The notes under the pieces: model-generated
What the model was told of the DNA's origin: nothing
The model's database searches: none
The model's input: the letters and a program-made list of their open reading frames with translations, nothing else
Program-made: the position numbers and the translations under genes
Shown: piece after piece, positions 1 to 10,694 of the stretch
Layout: every line of letters begins with the position of its first letter
Position numbering within the stretch: position 1 is the first letter of the stretch
NCBI GenBank assembly: GCA_977020255.1
Contig: CDROCS010005581.1
Span: 1 to 64,000, forward strand
Reading direction: 5' to 3'
Origin: Obrimoposthia wandeli
Taxonomy: Eukaryota
Length of the DNA stretch: 64,000 bases

Positions 1-1351
1 GGATAGGTGCTGTAATCCCCAAAGCCATGGTAAGTCAAGTGGTTTACCTGGCGGCGGTGTTTCTTACGGTCACCACTACAGTTCAATTGGTGTTCCATCA
101 ACGGGTTTTGCTGCACCAGGCGGTTTCCCTCGTAATGTTGATGAAGGCCAGAAGCCTAAATGGGATAACAACGATTTTAACGGCTACAGCCGTACTATTC
201 CTGTTGCTCGTTGGGTTGACTGTTTGCTTGAACCAGGTAAAGAAATCAAATACAACGGTTCTAAAGTTATCTTACCTGATTACAAAATGATGATAATCAG
301 TGGTAATAACCCGTGGCATCACCACCAAGATCGTAACCGTATGAAGCAAGCATTCCAGAAGCTTCAAACAGTTGTGACTATTGATTTCGCTTGGACGGCA
401 ACTTGTCGTTTCTCCGATATCGTACTGCCAGCTTGTACACAGTTTGAACGTAACGATATTGATGTTTACGGTTCATATAGTGGTCGTGGTTTGGTTGCGA
501 TGCACAAATTAGTTGACCCGTTATACCAATCTAAAACTGACTTCGACATCTTTACTGAGCTGTCTCGTCGTTTTGGTCGTCACAAAGAATATACGCGCGG
601 TATGGATGAGATGGAGTGGGTTCGCTCATTGTACTCTGACTGTCGCGACGCGAACAAAGCCAAGTTCGATATGCCTGAGTTTGATGAATTCTGGGAAAAA
701 GGCGTACTTGATTTTGGTGAAGGTACACCATGGGTTCGCCATGCTGATTTCCGTGAAGATCCTGAAATCAATGCACTAGGCACACCATCAGGTTTCATTG
801 AAATTTCAAGTCGTAAGATCGATCGTTTCGGTTACGAGCACTGTCAAGGTCACCCAATGTGGTTCGAGAAGAGTGAACGTTCTCACGGTGGCCCTGGTTC
901 GAAGAAACACCCATTCTGGATGCAATCTTGTCACCCTGATAAGCGCCTGCACTCTCAAATGTGTGAGTCTGAAGAAATGCGTGCTACTTACGCCGTGAAA
1001 GGTCGTGAGCCTGTCTATATCAACCCGAATGATGCTGCAGAAAAAGGCATCAAAGACGGCGATATCGTACGCGTATTCAATGACCGTGGTCAGCTGCTTG
1101 CTGGCGCAGTGCTTAGCGACAGCTACGCTTCTGGTGTTATCCGTATTGAAGAAGGTGCATGGTACGGCCCGCTAAACGAAAAAGTAGGTGCAATTGATAC
1201 TTATGGCGATCCAAATACCCTGACTCAGGATATTCCGTCATCAGAGCTTGCTCAGGCAACCAGTGCAAACACCTGCTTAGTTGACTTTGAGAAGTTTAAA
1301 GGTGAAGTGCCACCTGTTACATCATTCGGCGGTCCGATCGAAGTAAGTTAA
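1..1351 (+). CDS. torA: Trimethylamine-N-oxide reductase catalytic subunit, 3' part (gene begins before the window)
   Basis: From position 41 the frame of ORF 224..1351 reads [13 protein letters not shown]...[18 protein letters not shown]... and continues through molybdopterin-oxidoreductase motifs ([35 protein letters not shown]). The first 40 nt are out of frame (see findings). Confidence 0.9.
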   Translation, partial: DRCCNPQSHGKSSGLPGGGVSYGHHYSSIGVPSTGFAAPGGFPRNVDEGQKPKWDNNDFNGYSRTIPVARWVDCLLEPGKEIKYNGSKVILPDYKMMIISGNNPWHHHQDRNRMKQAFQKLQTVVTIDFAWTATCRFSDIVLPACTQFERNDIDVYGSYSGRGLVAMHKLVDPLYQSKTDFDIFTELSRRFGRHKEYTRGMDEMEWVRSLYSDCRDANKAKFDMPEFDEFWEKGVLDFGEGTPWVRHADFREDPEINALGTPSGFIEISSRKIDRFGYEHCQGHPMWFEKSERSHGGPGSKKHPFWMQSCHPDKRLHSQMCESEEMRATYAVKGREPVYINPNDAAEKGIKDGDIVRVFNDRGQLLAGAVLSDSYASGVIRIEEGAWYGPLNEKVGAIDTYGDPNTLTQDIPSSELAQATSANTCLVDFEKFKGEVPPVTSFGGPIEVS

Positions 1352-1413
1352 TTGGTATTACTGCGTTGAGCTATATCACTGCATATAGCTAACCAGTCGA
1401 TTAACCCGTAAAC

Positions 1414-1470
1414 AAGGGTATTCATGACATTACTTATTCAAGTAAAGCATGAGTGCCCTTTTCTTTTTTC
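1414..1470 (+). terminator. Intrinsic terminator after torA
   Basis: Stem AAGGGTATTCATG/CATGAGTGCCCTT with an inner TTACT/AGTAA stem, followed by TTCTTTTTT. Confidence 0.7.
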
Positions 1471-1832
1471 ATTGTCTGGTCATTTTATCTATTACAGATA
1501 CCAACCACGATAGACGCTTACTGCATCTACAATAATTAGCCGATTTCTGCCACTCCTACTTATTCTTACAGCCAGCCAATAACTCCCCCACTATTCATCA
1601 ATCCCGAATTTCATCTTGATGCATATCGTCATTTAGCGCAGTTTATTAAAAATGCTTTTAGCCCACAAATCAAAATTGAAGCGATATCACACTTCTTAAC
1701 GCTAAATACAAATCACATATTCTTTTTTTACATATTCCCTACATTCGCCTGCAGAAAATGGGCACATTGCCGATATAAAGAACATAAAAATAGAAATACA
1801 CTGTATTTGACATTTGTTAAAGGAATAACCCG

Positions 1833-3701
1833 ATGAAATTCAATCACAAAATTGTGGCGACCTCTTCTGCCATTCTCTTAGTTGCGCTGTCTGCGCTTTC
1901 TGCTAATCAATATTTCAATATAAAAACGCAGATCCACTCACTGGTCACTAAAAGTGTGGAAGAAATTGTGTCGGGTATAGGAAGTACAGTTAACGCCGAA
2001 TTAAACAGTCGTAAAGCGCTTGCCACCTATGCCACCAGCATGGCAGAAAAAAATCTAACGCTTTCTGAAATCGAAACGGTGATTAGTCAACCTATCGTAA
2101 AGAGTACTTTCTTACTTGCAGGGTTTGGGTTTGAGTCAGATGGAAGTTTTGTGGGTAACGATCCGAATTGGAATCCAGGGGCATCATGGGACCCCCGCTC
2201 TCGCCCTTGGTACAAAGACACCAAGCAGGCTAATGACATTATAATAACCGCACCGTATGCAGATTCAGTCAGTAATGAAATATTGGTATCAATCGCGACA
2301 CCAGTGATGCAAAACAATCAGTTTAAGGGAGCAATCTTCTTTGATGTCAGCTTATCTGGTTTAGCGGAAATGGCGAATCAGGTTTCTTTACTTGATGCGG
2401 GATTCATCTTCCTCGTTTCGGCTGATGGCACCATCATTTCACACCCAAATGCCAAATTAAATGGCAAGCCAATGTCAAGTTTCTTGGGTAACACGTCAAT
2501 TTCTGAGCATCCACAGAGCTTTTTAGCTGATGGCAAAGATCTAGAAGTATCATTCGACAAAATTGATGGTCAAGATTGGTACGTAGGTGCTGTGCTCGAT
2601 GAAAGCATCGCATTTGCTGCCGTTGATGAGCTGAAAAACGATTCTATCATCTATTCTTTGGTGGCACTATTCGCTGGCATCATCGCTTTGTTGTTAGTAT
2701 TTAAAGTTTTAATGCGCCCACTGCGCGAATTAAACGATGCAATTCAAGATGTCGCATCAGGTCAGGGAGACTTAACCCGTCGCCTCGATACCAACACCGA
2801 TGAAGAGTTTGCAGAATTAGCAAAAGGCTTTAATGCCTTCACTGAAAAGCTGCAGCACTTAATTATCGAAAGTAAGTCGCTAGGTGAAGATATTATGGCA
2901 GGCACCGAGCAAACGGCAGAAGGTGCAAAGCAATCAGCTAGCGCGATGTCGACCCAGCTGCAAGAATTAGAACAACTCGCGACAGCAATGAACGAGATGG
3001 CTTCAACCTCTTCAGATGTAGCGGGTAACGCCCAAAGTGCTGCTGCTTCAGCCCAAGAAGCCGATAACGCTGTCATTGAAGGAGCAAATATTGTCTCGCA
3101 CACCTCATCGGCCATTAACGAGCTTTCAGAGCAAATTGATCAGGCCGTAAACGTGGTTCGCGAACTGGAACATGCTACAAGCAATATTGAAACCATCTTA
3201 AAGGTCATTAATGAAATCGCTGATCAAACCAACCTGCTTGCATTAAATGCAGCCATTGAAGCCGCTCGTGCTGGTGATTCTGGCCGAGGTTTTGCTGTAG
3301 TCGCCGATGAAGTAAGAACACTGGCACAACGTACTCAACAATCAACCACAGAAATCCGCCAGATGATCGAGCAGTTACAATCTGGATCAAGCTCTGCCGT
3401 GGCTGTTATGAGTCAAAGCAAAGAAACGGCAACCAATACGGTTATCAAAGCCCAAGAAGCAGATGGTGCGCTAGAGCGTATACGTGTTGCCATTCAGCAA
3501 ATCAGCGATATGAACATGCAAATAGCCTCTGCTGCAGAAGAACAAAGCTTAGTGGCAGAAGAGATCAACAGTAACACCATAAAGATAAAAGATTTATCGG
3601 AACAGGTCGCAAGCGCAGCAGATGGAGCCAACGACGCGATGGCGATTCAAATCAATACCGTACGTGCCCAAGATGAAATTATGAACAAGTTTGTGGTGTA
3701 A
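1833..3701 (+). CDS. Methyl-accepting chemotaxis protein, dCache-HAMP-MA, probable amino-acid sensor
   Basis: Two TM segments, a HAMP domain and the signalling hairpin [34 protein letters not shown]. The periplasmic domain has W-x4-R-x-W-Y-x14-Y-x-D-x26-D, the PctA-type spacing. Confidence 0.93.
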   Translation: MKFNHKIVATSSAILLVALSALSANQYFNIKTQIHSLVTKSVEEIVSGIGSTVNAELNSRKALATYATSMAEKNLTLSEIETVISQPIVKSTFLLAGFGFESDGSFVGNDPNWNPGASWDPRSRPWYKDTKQANDIIITAPYADSVSNEILVSIATPVMQNNQFKGAIFFDVSLSGLAEMANQVSLLDAGFIFLVSADGTIISHPNAKLNGKPMSSFLGNTSISEHPQSFLADGKDLEVSFDKIDGQDWYVGAVLDESIAFAAVDELKNDSIIYSLVALFAGIIALLLVFKVLMRPLRELNDAIQDVASGQGDLTRRLDTNTDEEFAELAKGFNAFTEKLQHLIIESKSLGEDIMAGTEQTAEGAKQSASAMSTQLQELEQLATAMNEMASTSSDVAGNAQSAAASAQEADNAVIEGANIVSHTSSAINELSEQIDQAVNVVRELEHATSNIETILKVINEIADQTNLLALNAAIEAARAGDSGRGFAVVADEVRTLAQRTQQSTTEIRQMIEQLQSGSSSAVAVMSQSKETATNTVIKAQEADGALERIRVAIQQISDMNMQIASAAEEQSLVAEEINSNTIKIKDLSEQVASAADGANDAMAIQINTVRAQDEIMNKFVV

Positions 3702-3741
3702 GTTCTAGCGTTAGAAACCAACGTAATATCTAGCTTAAAGT

Positions 3742-3780
3742 AAAAGACCGAACTGCATACACAGTTCGGTCTTTTTTCTT
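3742..3780. terminator. Bidirectional terminator between the MCP gene and oleD
   Basis: AAAAGACCGAACTG-cataca-CAGTTCGGTCTTTT plus T-tract, between convergent genes. Confidence 0.85.
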
Positions 3781-3828
3781 TTTCGATGGACAACGTTATA
3801 TACCGTATTGAATCCCTACTCGCACCAC

Positions 3829-4872
3829 CTAGGCGTTCAAAGTACGCTTCAACCGTTTCATACCATCATCAATACTTACCAGTGGTATATAACCTAAATC
3901 ACGCTTAGCGGCACTAATATCAAAGTAATGACAGGTAGATAATTGACGTGCAACAAAGCGAGTCATTATCGGCTCTTCTTTCTTATTCAATACACCATAT
4001 AGCCATTCTAATAACACACCTACCCGATACGCTAATCCCGCCGGAACACGCTTTGTCACTTTGGGTAAATCAGCACACGCTAGGATTTTATTGAGCATGG
4101 CTGCCATTGTTATCGGTTCATCATTGCTCAGAAAATATGCCTTTCCAGCACAGGTACTGCTTGGTTCTGTTAACCGTAACGCAGCTAAAATATGGGCATA
4201 GGCTGCATTATCGACATAAATGGTATCAACCAATTTATCTTCATGCCCTACAAGCTTTAAACGCCCCGCTTTTGCACGTTCAATCACTCTCGGCACAAGG
4301 TGTGGATCGTTCGGTCCCCAAATAAGATGAGGACGCAATGCGACCGTTTTTACTGACTTTCCGTTGGCTGCCAGTACCATTTGTTCGGCTATGGCTTTAG
4401 ATTCTGCATAGAAATTAAGATAACTATCGGCATACGGCGCCGATTCATCAATACCAGCTTCATCACTGCCTGCAAAGGTGACACTTGGTGTGCTGGTATA
4501 AACCAACTTATCTATACCAAGTTCTTGACATGCCTCTATAATATTACGCGCACCGTCTACATTTGGGCTGTAGTAATCGCTTTTAGATCCCCACACCCCT
4601 GCTTTTGATGCGACATGAAACACAAGATCACAACCTTGCATCGCTTGTAATAAATCAGACTTAGTACTGATATCACCTTTCACCATGGTGACACCCATTC
4701 GTTCTAAATCAGGGTAACTGCCACGGGCAAAACCCGTTACTTGAATACCAGCAATACGTAGGTATCGACAAATTGCTTTACCTAGAAAACCACCCGCCCC
4801 CGTAACAAATGCATGTTTTACATTTGAAGATAGCGAGAGTAGTGCCGTTTCTTCAGCAGGTGTAATACTCAT
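3829..4872 (-). CDS. oleD: 2-alkyl-3-oxoalkanoate reductase OleD (extended SDR)
   Basis: TGAGGFLG Rossmann motif and YAESK catalytic motif. Last gene of an oleABCD-ordered operon. Start placed at ATG 4872, which overlaps the oleC stop (ATGA). Confidence 0.9.
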   Translation of the reverse strand: MSITPAEETALLSLSSNVKHAFVTGAGGFLGKAICRYLRIAGIQVTGFARGSYPDLERMGVTMVKGDISTKSDLLQAMQGCDLVFHVASKAGVWGSKSDYYSPNVDGARNIIEACQELGIDKLVYTSTPSVTFAGSDEAGIDESAPYADSYLNFYAESKAIAEQMVLAANGKSVKTVALRPHLIWGPNDPHLVPRVIERAKAGRLKLVGHEDKLVDTIYVDNAAYAHILAALRLTEPSSTCAGKAYFLSNDEPITMAAMLNKILACADLPKVTKRVPAGLAYRVGVLLEWLYGVLNKKEEPIMTRFVARQLSTCHYFDISAAKRDLGYIPLVSIDDGMKRLKRTLNA

Positions 4873-6626
4873 GATACCTTCCCCTCTTTTTGCGCCCATA
4901 CAGCCAGCTTTTCTCTAAAAATCTTGGCGTTATGACGTATATCAACGGGGAAATCAGGATGAATTAGAAAATCGATAATACCCACAGTTTGCTGATGTTT
5001 AGCGCCAATCGTTTTAAGCTCGGCAAAAAATGCATTACGGGCAGTATCATCCGTCAGGGTTGTGCCTTTATTAAGCTCAACACACAGCAGTGGCACGGTT
5101 TCACCATTACGTTCAATGCCTACCAATGCGGTACGCTTGACTGAAGAGTGAGTATTAAATATACGTTCACAAGGAATAGAGAAATACGGCAGTTTGTCTG
5201 ACATAACACCCACACGATTGGCTTCAACACGGTGAGCTTTACGTCCGCACATCCATAGTTTTCCGCTTTCGTCTAAGTAACCCAAATCGCCCATGCGGTG
5301 ACGTACAGTATTCGCCCCATCGGTAATTTTAGCCTCAACGGTTGCATGATCACGGTGATAATACGCACGGCTTACCATGGGACCTTTTACAACGATTTCA
5401 CCAATTTGGTTTACAGGTAAACGTAACGTTTCGTCCCACGCAGTAATTGGATCGTCGGTGATCGCAATGATCGCAATATCCACGCCATCAACAGCTTGAC
5501 CGACACAAATACCACCACCGTTATCAGTGATATCCGTGGTTTTCATTAACTGATCACTACCAATCATAGTAAGAGGTAATGATTCTGTCGCACCATAAGA
5601 ATTCAGTACTTCCACACCGCCATTAAGCATTTGACTAAAACGTGAAATAGACGAAATAGTGGCAGGTGCGCCAGCAGAAATAACACGCTTGATGCTAGGT
5701 AATGTATGAGGTTTATGACGCTGTGTACCCGCTTGCCCTAAACGCTCTATTAACGCAGGGTTCACAAACATATTGGTACATTGGTATTGTTCAATCGCCG
5801 CAAACAAACTGTCGGGATTAGCCGTTATGGGTTTACTGGCATCCATATCAGGCACAATCGATGCCATGCCTAAAGCAGGACCAAAAAGAGAGAATAACGG
5901 GAAGGTAGCAAGATCACGCTCGCCGTGGGCGATACCATAATCATTTTTCAATACACTGATTTGTGCTTCAAACATTGCATGGGTATACACAACACCTTTC
6001 GGCGTACCCGTACTGCCACTGGTAAATAGAATGGCAGCCATTTCATCATTTTTAAGCTTGGCAATATCATAATCAATCGCTTGATGCATTTTACTGCGCG
6101 GCTTAATAACGGTATTACGTTTAAGTAATGCTTTTAGTGTTGTGCCACCAAAAATATTGGCAAATACATCATTCCCACCAACGGTGAGTAAACGTCGAAC
6201 ACTCGGTTTACCCCAACCAAATAAACAACGGGCAATATGTGCTTTAGGAATACCAATAAACGCATCGGGCTTGGCTTCATCAAAGCACTGTTTAAGGTTT
6301 TTAACCCCCATACCGGGATCAACCAAAATAGGGACAATACCCGCTTTGAATAACGCAAATGTAAGGGCAAAAAAATTAAGACTAGGCGTTACCATCAGTA
6401 CCGCTTTCATGCCTCGTTTAATACCGTGATCATTCAGCGCCTGCGCAATCGCATTACTGTCAGTGTTTAACTGTCCGAACGTTAACTCTTCATACCGTAG
6501 TTTGCCGAATAACGATCGTTTTTGAACAGCAACAGCAAGCGAAACAGGTGTTTCTTTTGCCGCTCGCGTTAAGTGGCGACAAATATTCGCTTTAGAGGCA
6601 TCAATCTCATGCCCTTTATCCATCAC
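4869..6626 (-). CDS. oleC: Olefin beta-lactone synthetase OleC (AMP-dependent ligase)
   Basis: [13 protein letters not shown] adenylation motif, SYGATE, HRMGDLG, C-terminal [13 protein letters not shown]. Start is GTG 6626 or ATG 6623. Confidence 0.92.
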   Translation of the reverse strand: MMDKGHEIDASKANICRHLTRAAKETPVSLAVAVQKRSLFGKLRYEELTFGQLNTDSNAIAQALNDHGIKRGMKAVLMVTPSLNFFALTFALFKAGIVPILVDPGMGVKNLKQCFDEAKPDAFIGIPKAHIARCLFGWGKPSVRRLLTVGGNDVFANIFGGTTLKALLKRNTVIKPRSKMHQAIDYDIAKLKNDEMAAILFTSGSTGTPKGVVYTHAMFEAQISVLKNDYGIAHGERDLATFPLFSLFGPALGMASIVPDMDASKPITANPDSLFAAIEQYQCTNMFVNPALIERLGQAGTQRHKPHTLPSIKRVISAGAPATISSISRFSQMLNGGVEVLNSYGATESLPLTMIGSDQLMKTTDITDNGGGICVGQAVDGVDIAIIAITDDPITAWDETLRLPVNQIGEIVVKGPMVSRAYYHRDHATVEAKITDGANTVRHRMGDLGYLDESGKLWMCGRKAHRVEANRVGVMSDKLPYFSIPCERIFNTHSSVKRTALVGIERNGETVPLLCVELNKGTTLTDDTARNAFFAELKTIGAKHQQTVGIIDFLIHPDFPVDIRHNAKIFREKLAVWAQKEGKVS

Positions 6627-7555
6627 AAATTTGCCTCGTTTAACTTACTATCCGTTTCTTTTAACTTACTATCCGTTGCTATTGCCGTCTTCATAAAATC
6701 AGAGATAAGCGGTACGACTTCATCGCTGGCATCTTCTAATATGTAGTGTCCGCAATCTTCGAACTCATGCACTGTTGCATGTGGCATTTTTTCACGCCAC
6801 ACCGCTAAGAAGTGCTTATCAAATACAAAATCTTTTAAACCAAAACAAATAAGTGTTGGAACGTGCGAGAACTTCGGCAAACTCGCAGCGATCTCAGAGA
6901 CTAACTCGTAGTTTCTATCGCCTTTCCTTAGTGGAATATCTTGTACAAAACGTAAGGTAGAAATACGGTTTGCCCAAGAATTAAAAGGAGAAACATACGC
7001 TTTTCGTACTTCAGGGCTCATTGGTTTTCGTTTAACACCAATATAAGAAGCTATCGATGAGAATGCATTAAAACCACGCACTAAACCTGTGCCTAATAGC
7101 GTATTGCGGCAAATCCACAATGCCCATGGAAAAGGTTTAGTATCAGGTAAATGGAAAGCACCTGTATTAAGTATCACTAAACGTTTAATGCGATCAGGAT
7201 AACGAGCCGCATAACCCATGCCGATCATTCCACCCCAGTCATGTACGACAAGGGTAATATTTTCACGTACTTCAAGCTGTTCAAGTAACGCTTCGAGATC
7301 ATCGATACGGTTCTTTAACGTATAGTCATAACCCGCGTCATCGGGTTTATCCGATAAACCACAACCGATATGGTCAGGCACGATACATTGGTGGTTCTGG
7401 CTTAATTCCGTTACCAAATTACGGTAATAGAAAGACCAGCTCGGGTTACCATGAACCATAACAACAGGCTCACCCTGCCCTTCATTTACGTAATGGAGCT
7501 TGTGCCCATTGCGGCTAAGAAAATTACGTTTAAAGGGAAACAACGTGTCTAACAT
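6623..7555 (-). CDS. oleB: Beta-lactone decarboxylase OleB (haloalkane-dehalogenase-like alpha/beta hydrolase)
   Basis: HGNPSW, HDWGG nucleophile elbow, GHYILED; lies between oleA and oleC. ATG 7555 follows an AAGGA. Confidence 0.9.
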   Translation of the reverse strand: MLDTLFPFKRNFLSRNGHKLHYVNEGQGEPVVMVHGNPSWSFYYRNLVTELSQNHQCIVPDHIGCGLSDKPDDAGYDYTLKNRIDDLEALLEQLEVRENITLVVHDWGGMIGMGYAARYPDRIKRLVILNTGAFHLPDTKPFPWALWICRNTLLGTGLVRGFNAFSSIASYIGVKRKPMSPEVRKAYVSPFNSWANRISTLRFVQDIPLRKGDRNYELVSEIAASLPKFSHVPTLICFGLKDFVFDKHFLAVWREKMPHATVHEFEDCGHYILEDASDEVVPLISDFMKTAIATDSKLKETDSKLNEANL

Positions 7556-7653
7556 GACCAATCCTTGACTATTATCAGGATGGAATTACCCATCCTGTTT
7601 TTGTAACTATTTCGGTATTTACACTAAGCATTTACCAGTAACCGTCTAATTAT

Positions 7654-7701
7654 GCTGTTTCATTTTCATGTACTTTCAGTACAAACTAAGAATGAAACAG
7701 C
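7654..7701. other. Intercistronic stem-loop between oleA and oleB
   Basis: GCTGTTTCATT/AATGAAACAGC 11-bp stem with an inner TGTACT/AGTACA stem. No U-tract follows on the transcribed (-) strand. Confidence 0.6.
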
Positions 7702-7713
7702 AATAAGATTTAG

Positions 7714-8763
7714 TTACCACTTAAGCCCTAACATCATACAATTAAGCCCACTACCTATACCTAGAAAGCTCACATTATCGCCTGATTTCAAGAAGCCATG
7801 ATCGTGAGCCATTGCAGCGGTAGCAGGTAAAGAAACACTGCCCATATTGCCCATTAGCTTATAGGTAGGGAATTCTTTATTCACAGGAATATTGAGTGCA
7901 TTAAGGACCTGTCGACGATTAGATGCGCCAACTTGATGACAAATCACTTTATCTACATTTTCCACGACCCAGTCACGCTGGGCTAAGAAATGTGACCATG
8001 TATCACGCGCCAGTTGCACACCTTCTTTCAATAACGTTACACCATCTGTTCGCATGAATTCGCGGTACAGTTGCGGCCCTACTTCTTGTAAGCCCCACTG
8101 GCACAGATCATGATGTTCTGGTGCTGATAAGTGACTAGCACCTAATAGCTGATGCTGGCGCTCATTGTGAAGAGGAAGGCTACCATCTGTTAATATCACA
8201 GCAACAGCACCTGAACCGCCAGTTAAGGTCGCTAAAGATTGTGCAAAATTCTGCATCGTCGGTTCGGCAAGCATATGGTCGATAGTAATATCAACAATAT
8301 GACGAGCAGATTCACATGAAACCACTAATCCGGCTTTGATTTGCCCTAGTTCGATACGATTTGCGATGTCTAGAATGCCTGAAAGTACGCCTAAACACGC
8401 ATTGCTGATGTCATAGATAGCCGTATTCTTTGATACGCCTAATTCAGCTGCAATACGGCAAGCTGTTGCGGGTTCATGTTGATCTCGGCATACACCGGTG
8501 TACACAACTGCACCTAAATCTCCGACATTAATACCCGTTTCATCAATTGCTTTACGGGCTGCTGATAATGCGCCATCAGATAGAACATGACCTTTCGGCC
8601 ACCATCGGCGCTCTTCTATTCCAGTAAGTGCTGCCAGTTGGCCCATAGGAATGCGGAATTTTTGATATAAAGGGGCTAAACGGGATTCTAACTCAGAACT
8701 CGAAACCACTTGTGGTGCTAGCTCGTAAGCTAGACTATTGATAAACACGCTAGAATATTTCAT
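7714..8763 (-). CDS. oleA: Acyl-CoA:acyl-CoA alkyltransferase OleA (thiolase/FabH fold)
   Basis: DISNACLG catalytic Cys, ICHQVG, GNMGSVS, GIGSGLNC. Start placed at ATG 8763 (MKYS...); the ORF track uses GTG 8784. Confidence 0.92.
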   Translation of the reverse strand: MKYSSVFINSLAYELAPQVVSSSELESRLAPLYQKFRIPMGQLAALTGIEERRWWPKGHVLSDGALSAARKAIDETGINVGDLGAVVYTGVCRDQHEPATACRIAAELGVSKNTAIYDISNACLGVLSGILDIANRIELGQIKAGLVVSCESARHIVDITIDHMLAEPTMQNFAQSLATLTGGSGAVAVILTDGSLPLHNERQHQLLGASHLSAPEHHDLCQWGLQEVGPQLYREFMRTDGVTLLKEGVQLARDTWSHFLAQRDWVVENVDKVICHQVGASNRRQVLNALNIPVNKEFPTYKLMGNMGSVSLPATAAMAHDHGFLKSGDNVSFLGIGSGLNCMMLGLKW

Positions 8764-8823
8764 TAAGCTATATAACTTGCTCACTATCTCGGCGAAAAGT
8801 GCCGATCATCGTTATTATGGGTT

Positions 8824-8948
8824 TATACCAAAACAACCTCAATACATCGTAAGAACTTGGCTGGAGATCCAATAAAAGGCAAATAAATGGCATTAAACCA
8901 CCGATTTTAATCTCACAGATCCCTGCGACTTGAGGGAACTTGGGTATA
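8824..8948. mobile_element. Degenerate ERIC-like miniature inverted-repeat element (125 bp) in the oleA leader
   Basis: Left end TATACCAAAACAACCTCAA and right end CTTGAGGGAACTTGGGTATA resemble the termini of the other copies in the window. Confidence 0.55.
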
Positions 8949-9016
8949 GTTACGCGCCATTTGAGCAAGAAAACCCACATGATTCAATAAAAACTGTCAT
9001 ATAACGAGATGTGACT

Positions 9017-9033
9017 AGCTTGTACGACCAGTT
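9017..9033. promoter_or_regulatory. FadR-like operator between oleA and orf6/pfaT
   Basis: AGCTTGTACGACCAGTT matches 13 of 16 specified positions of the AACTGGTCnGACCAGTT consensus. Confidence 0.65.
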
Positions 9034-9189
9034 TTAAATCATTTGAATTTACAGACTGTAAGCATCAAGGTAGGCAAGTTCATATTCAGTTATACCACTT
9101 GGGCTATCTCTGCTTAATAATGAACACCAATTAGCATAACGCTATTATTATGCTTTATATTCCGACCTTCATGAGAGTTGTTGTCAACA

Positions 9190-9591
9190 ATGAGCAAAAT
9201 TTATCACCACCCAGTGCAAATCTATTACGAAGATACCGATCATTCTGGTGTGGTTTATCATCCAAACTTTTTAAAGTATTTCGAACGTGCACGCGAACAC
9301 GTTATTGATAGCGATAAACTCGCCACATTGTGGAACGACCACGGATTAGGTTTTGCTGTATATAAAGCGAATATGACTTTTCAAGATGGTGTGGAATTTG
9401 CTGAAATCTGCGATATTCGCACATCGTTTACATTGGATGGCAAGTACAAAACGCTGTGGCATCAAGAAGTATGGCGCCCAGGGGCAAGCCGTGCAGCCGT
9501 TGTTGGCGATATTGAAATGGTATGTTTAGACAAAGAAAAACGCTTACAACCCGTACCTGCCGATATTCTTGCATCAATGATGGCTGATTAA
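9190..9591 (+). CDS. pfaT: Hot-dog-fold acyl-thioesterase (YbgC/4HBT family), the pfa-associated Orf6/PfaT
   Basis: YYEDTDHSGVVYHPNFLKYFERARE motif; position between oleA and pfaA. Start placed at ATG 9190. Confidence 0.85.
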   Translation: MSKIYHHPVQIYYEDTDHSGVVYHPNFLKYFERAREHVIDSDKLATLWNDHGLGFAVYKANMTFQDGVEFAEICDIRTSFTLDGKYKTLWHQEVWRPGASRAAVVGDIEMVCLDKEKRLQPVPADILASMMAD

Positions 9592-10291
9592 ATTCGTATT
9601 ATATCCAGTACTGTCTGTCATTCCCATGGACCCACAAGCGAGTGACAGTACAATCTTACGTTTGATTTTTCAGGTATCTTCCCTCTCTAATCCCAATCTA
9701 ATACTAACCATCAAGCTACATGTTAGTCACCACGTCACCTAGGGTTAATTTTCATCCAATTGATAGCCTCCACTTTATCAGCACAAAAAACGTACAGGTA
9801 ATGCACAATTTCCCGCATCACTTTTTCGTTAACAAGTCACTTTAATTAACTCGTTATTACTCAGCCTTAGTTTGCTTTTTTCTAACAATTCACCTGATTA
9901 AGAGGCTTCAAAAACACCAATTTTGATCATATAACCGATACGTTGATACAGAAGAAAAATCCATCGCTGAATAGCAGTTGAAGATGACAAAAAAATATCC
10001 TTTCGACTAATCAGATGTATCTGTCATACACGCTAACATACTACCAATAAGTGACCTGTCGTTGGGCATAAAAACAGCGTAATCATCTGCAATGTTGCAT
10101 AAGAACTTTTTTGCTAGCAAAGTCACAAACCCGTTAATATCAGCTGTTACATCATACTTATTTACAAAAATGCGGCATAAGTCATATTTCCAAATTAACT
10201 TGAGTATTTACACTAACTTAGCCAAATTATAGGTATATAATCAATTACTTAATAACGTAAATATTACAAACGCTCAGGAATTAATTTTTTA

Positions 10292-10308
10292 AACTGGTCT
10301 GAAGTGAT
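10292..10308. promoter_or_regulatory. FadR-like operator upstream of pfaA
   Basis: AACTGGTCTGAAGTGAT: perfect left half-site, 12 of 16 positions overall, about 390 nt before the pfaA start. Confidence 0.5.
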
Positions 10309-10694
10309 CCAACCTCTTGTTCCAGAGATTGTAACGAAAAGCGTCCTCGGGTAGTCTGCTCAACCATTAACTGATTAAGCATGCTTTCATTACGGATGGT
10401 AAGTACCTCCTTATTTGATAATCGCAGCAGTAGTACAGCAGGATTATGATGGACATTACCGTTACGGATGAAAGCGCAACTATGCATCGTCGAATGTCAA
10501 AAAAATGCAGTCATAAATATGCATAATCTTTCTATCAATACATTCCGAAGCCATGAAGCTGCCAATCAATTTTTAGCGCATGTACTCACACATACGTTAT
10601 GTCATATTTTCATTTTTATTTTTCACCAGTTGCCTAATCGCAACACCCATACCGAATATATAACACCCAGCTCTTGGGTGTTGAGCGGAGACTC

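Noticed and set aside
27-290. 87-aa ORF at the window start
   Set aside because: An out-of-frame shadow of torA created by the apparent indel at about base 40.
6639-6677. 21-nt tandem duplication at the oleB 3' end, plus short in-frame repeats in pfaB (about 19127-19165) and pfaC (about 23062-23095)
   Set aside because: In-frame duplications in linkers or tails; ordinary length variation.
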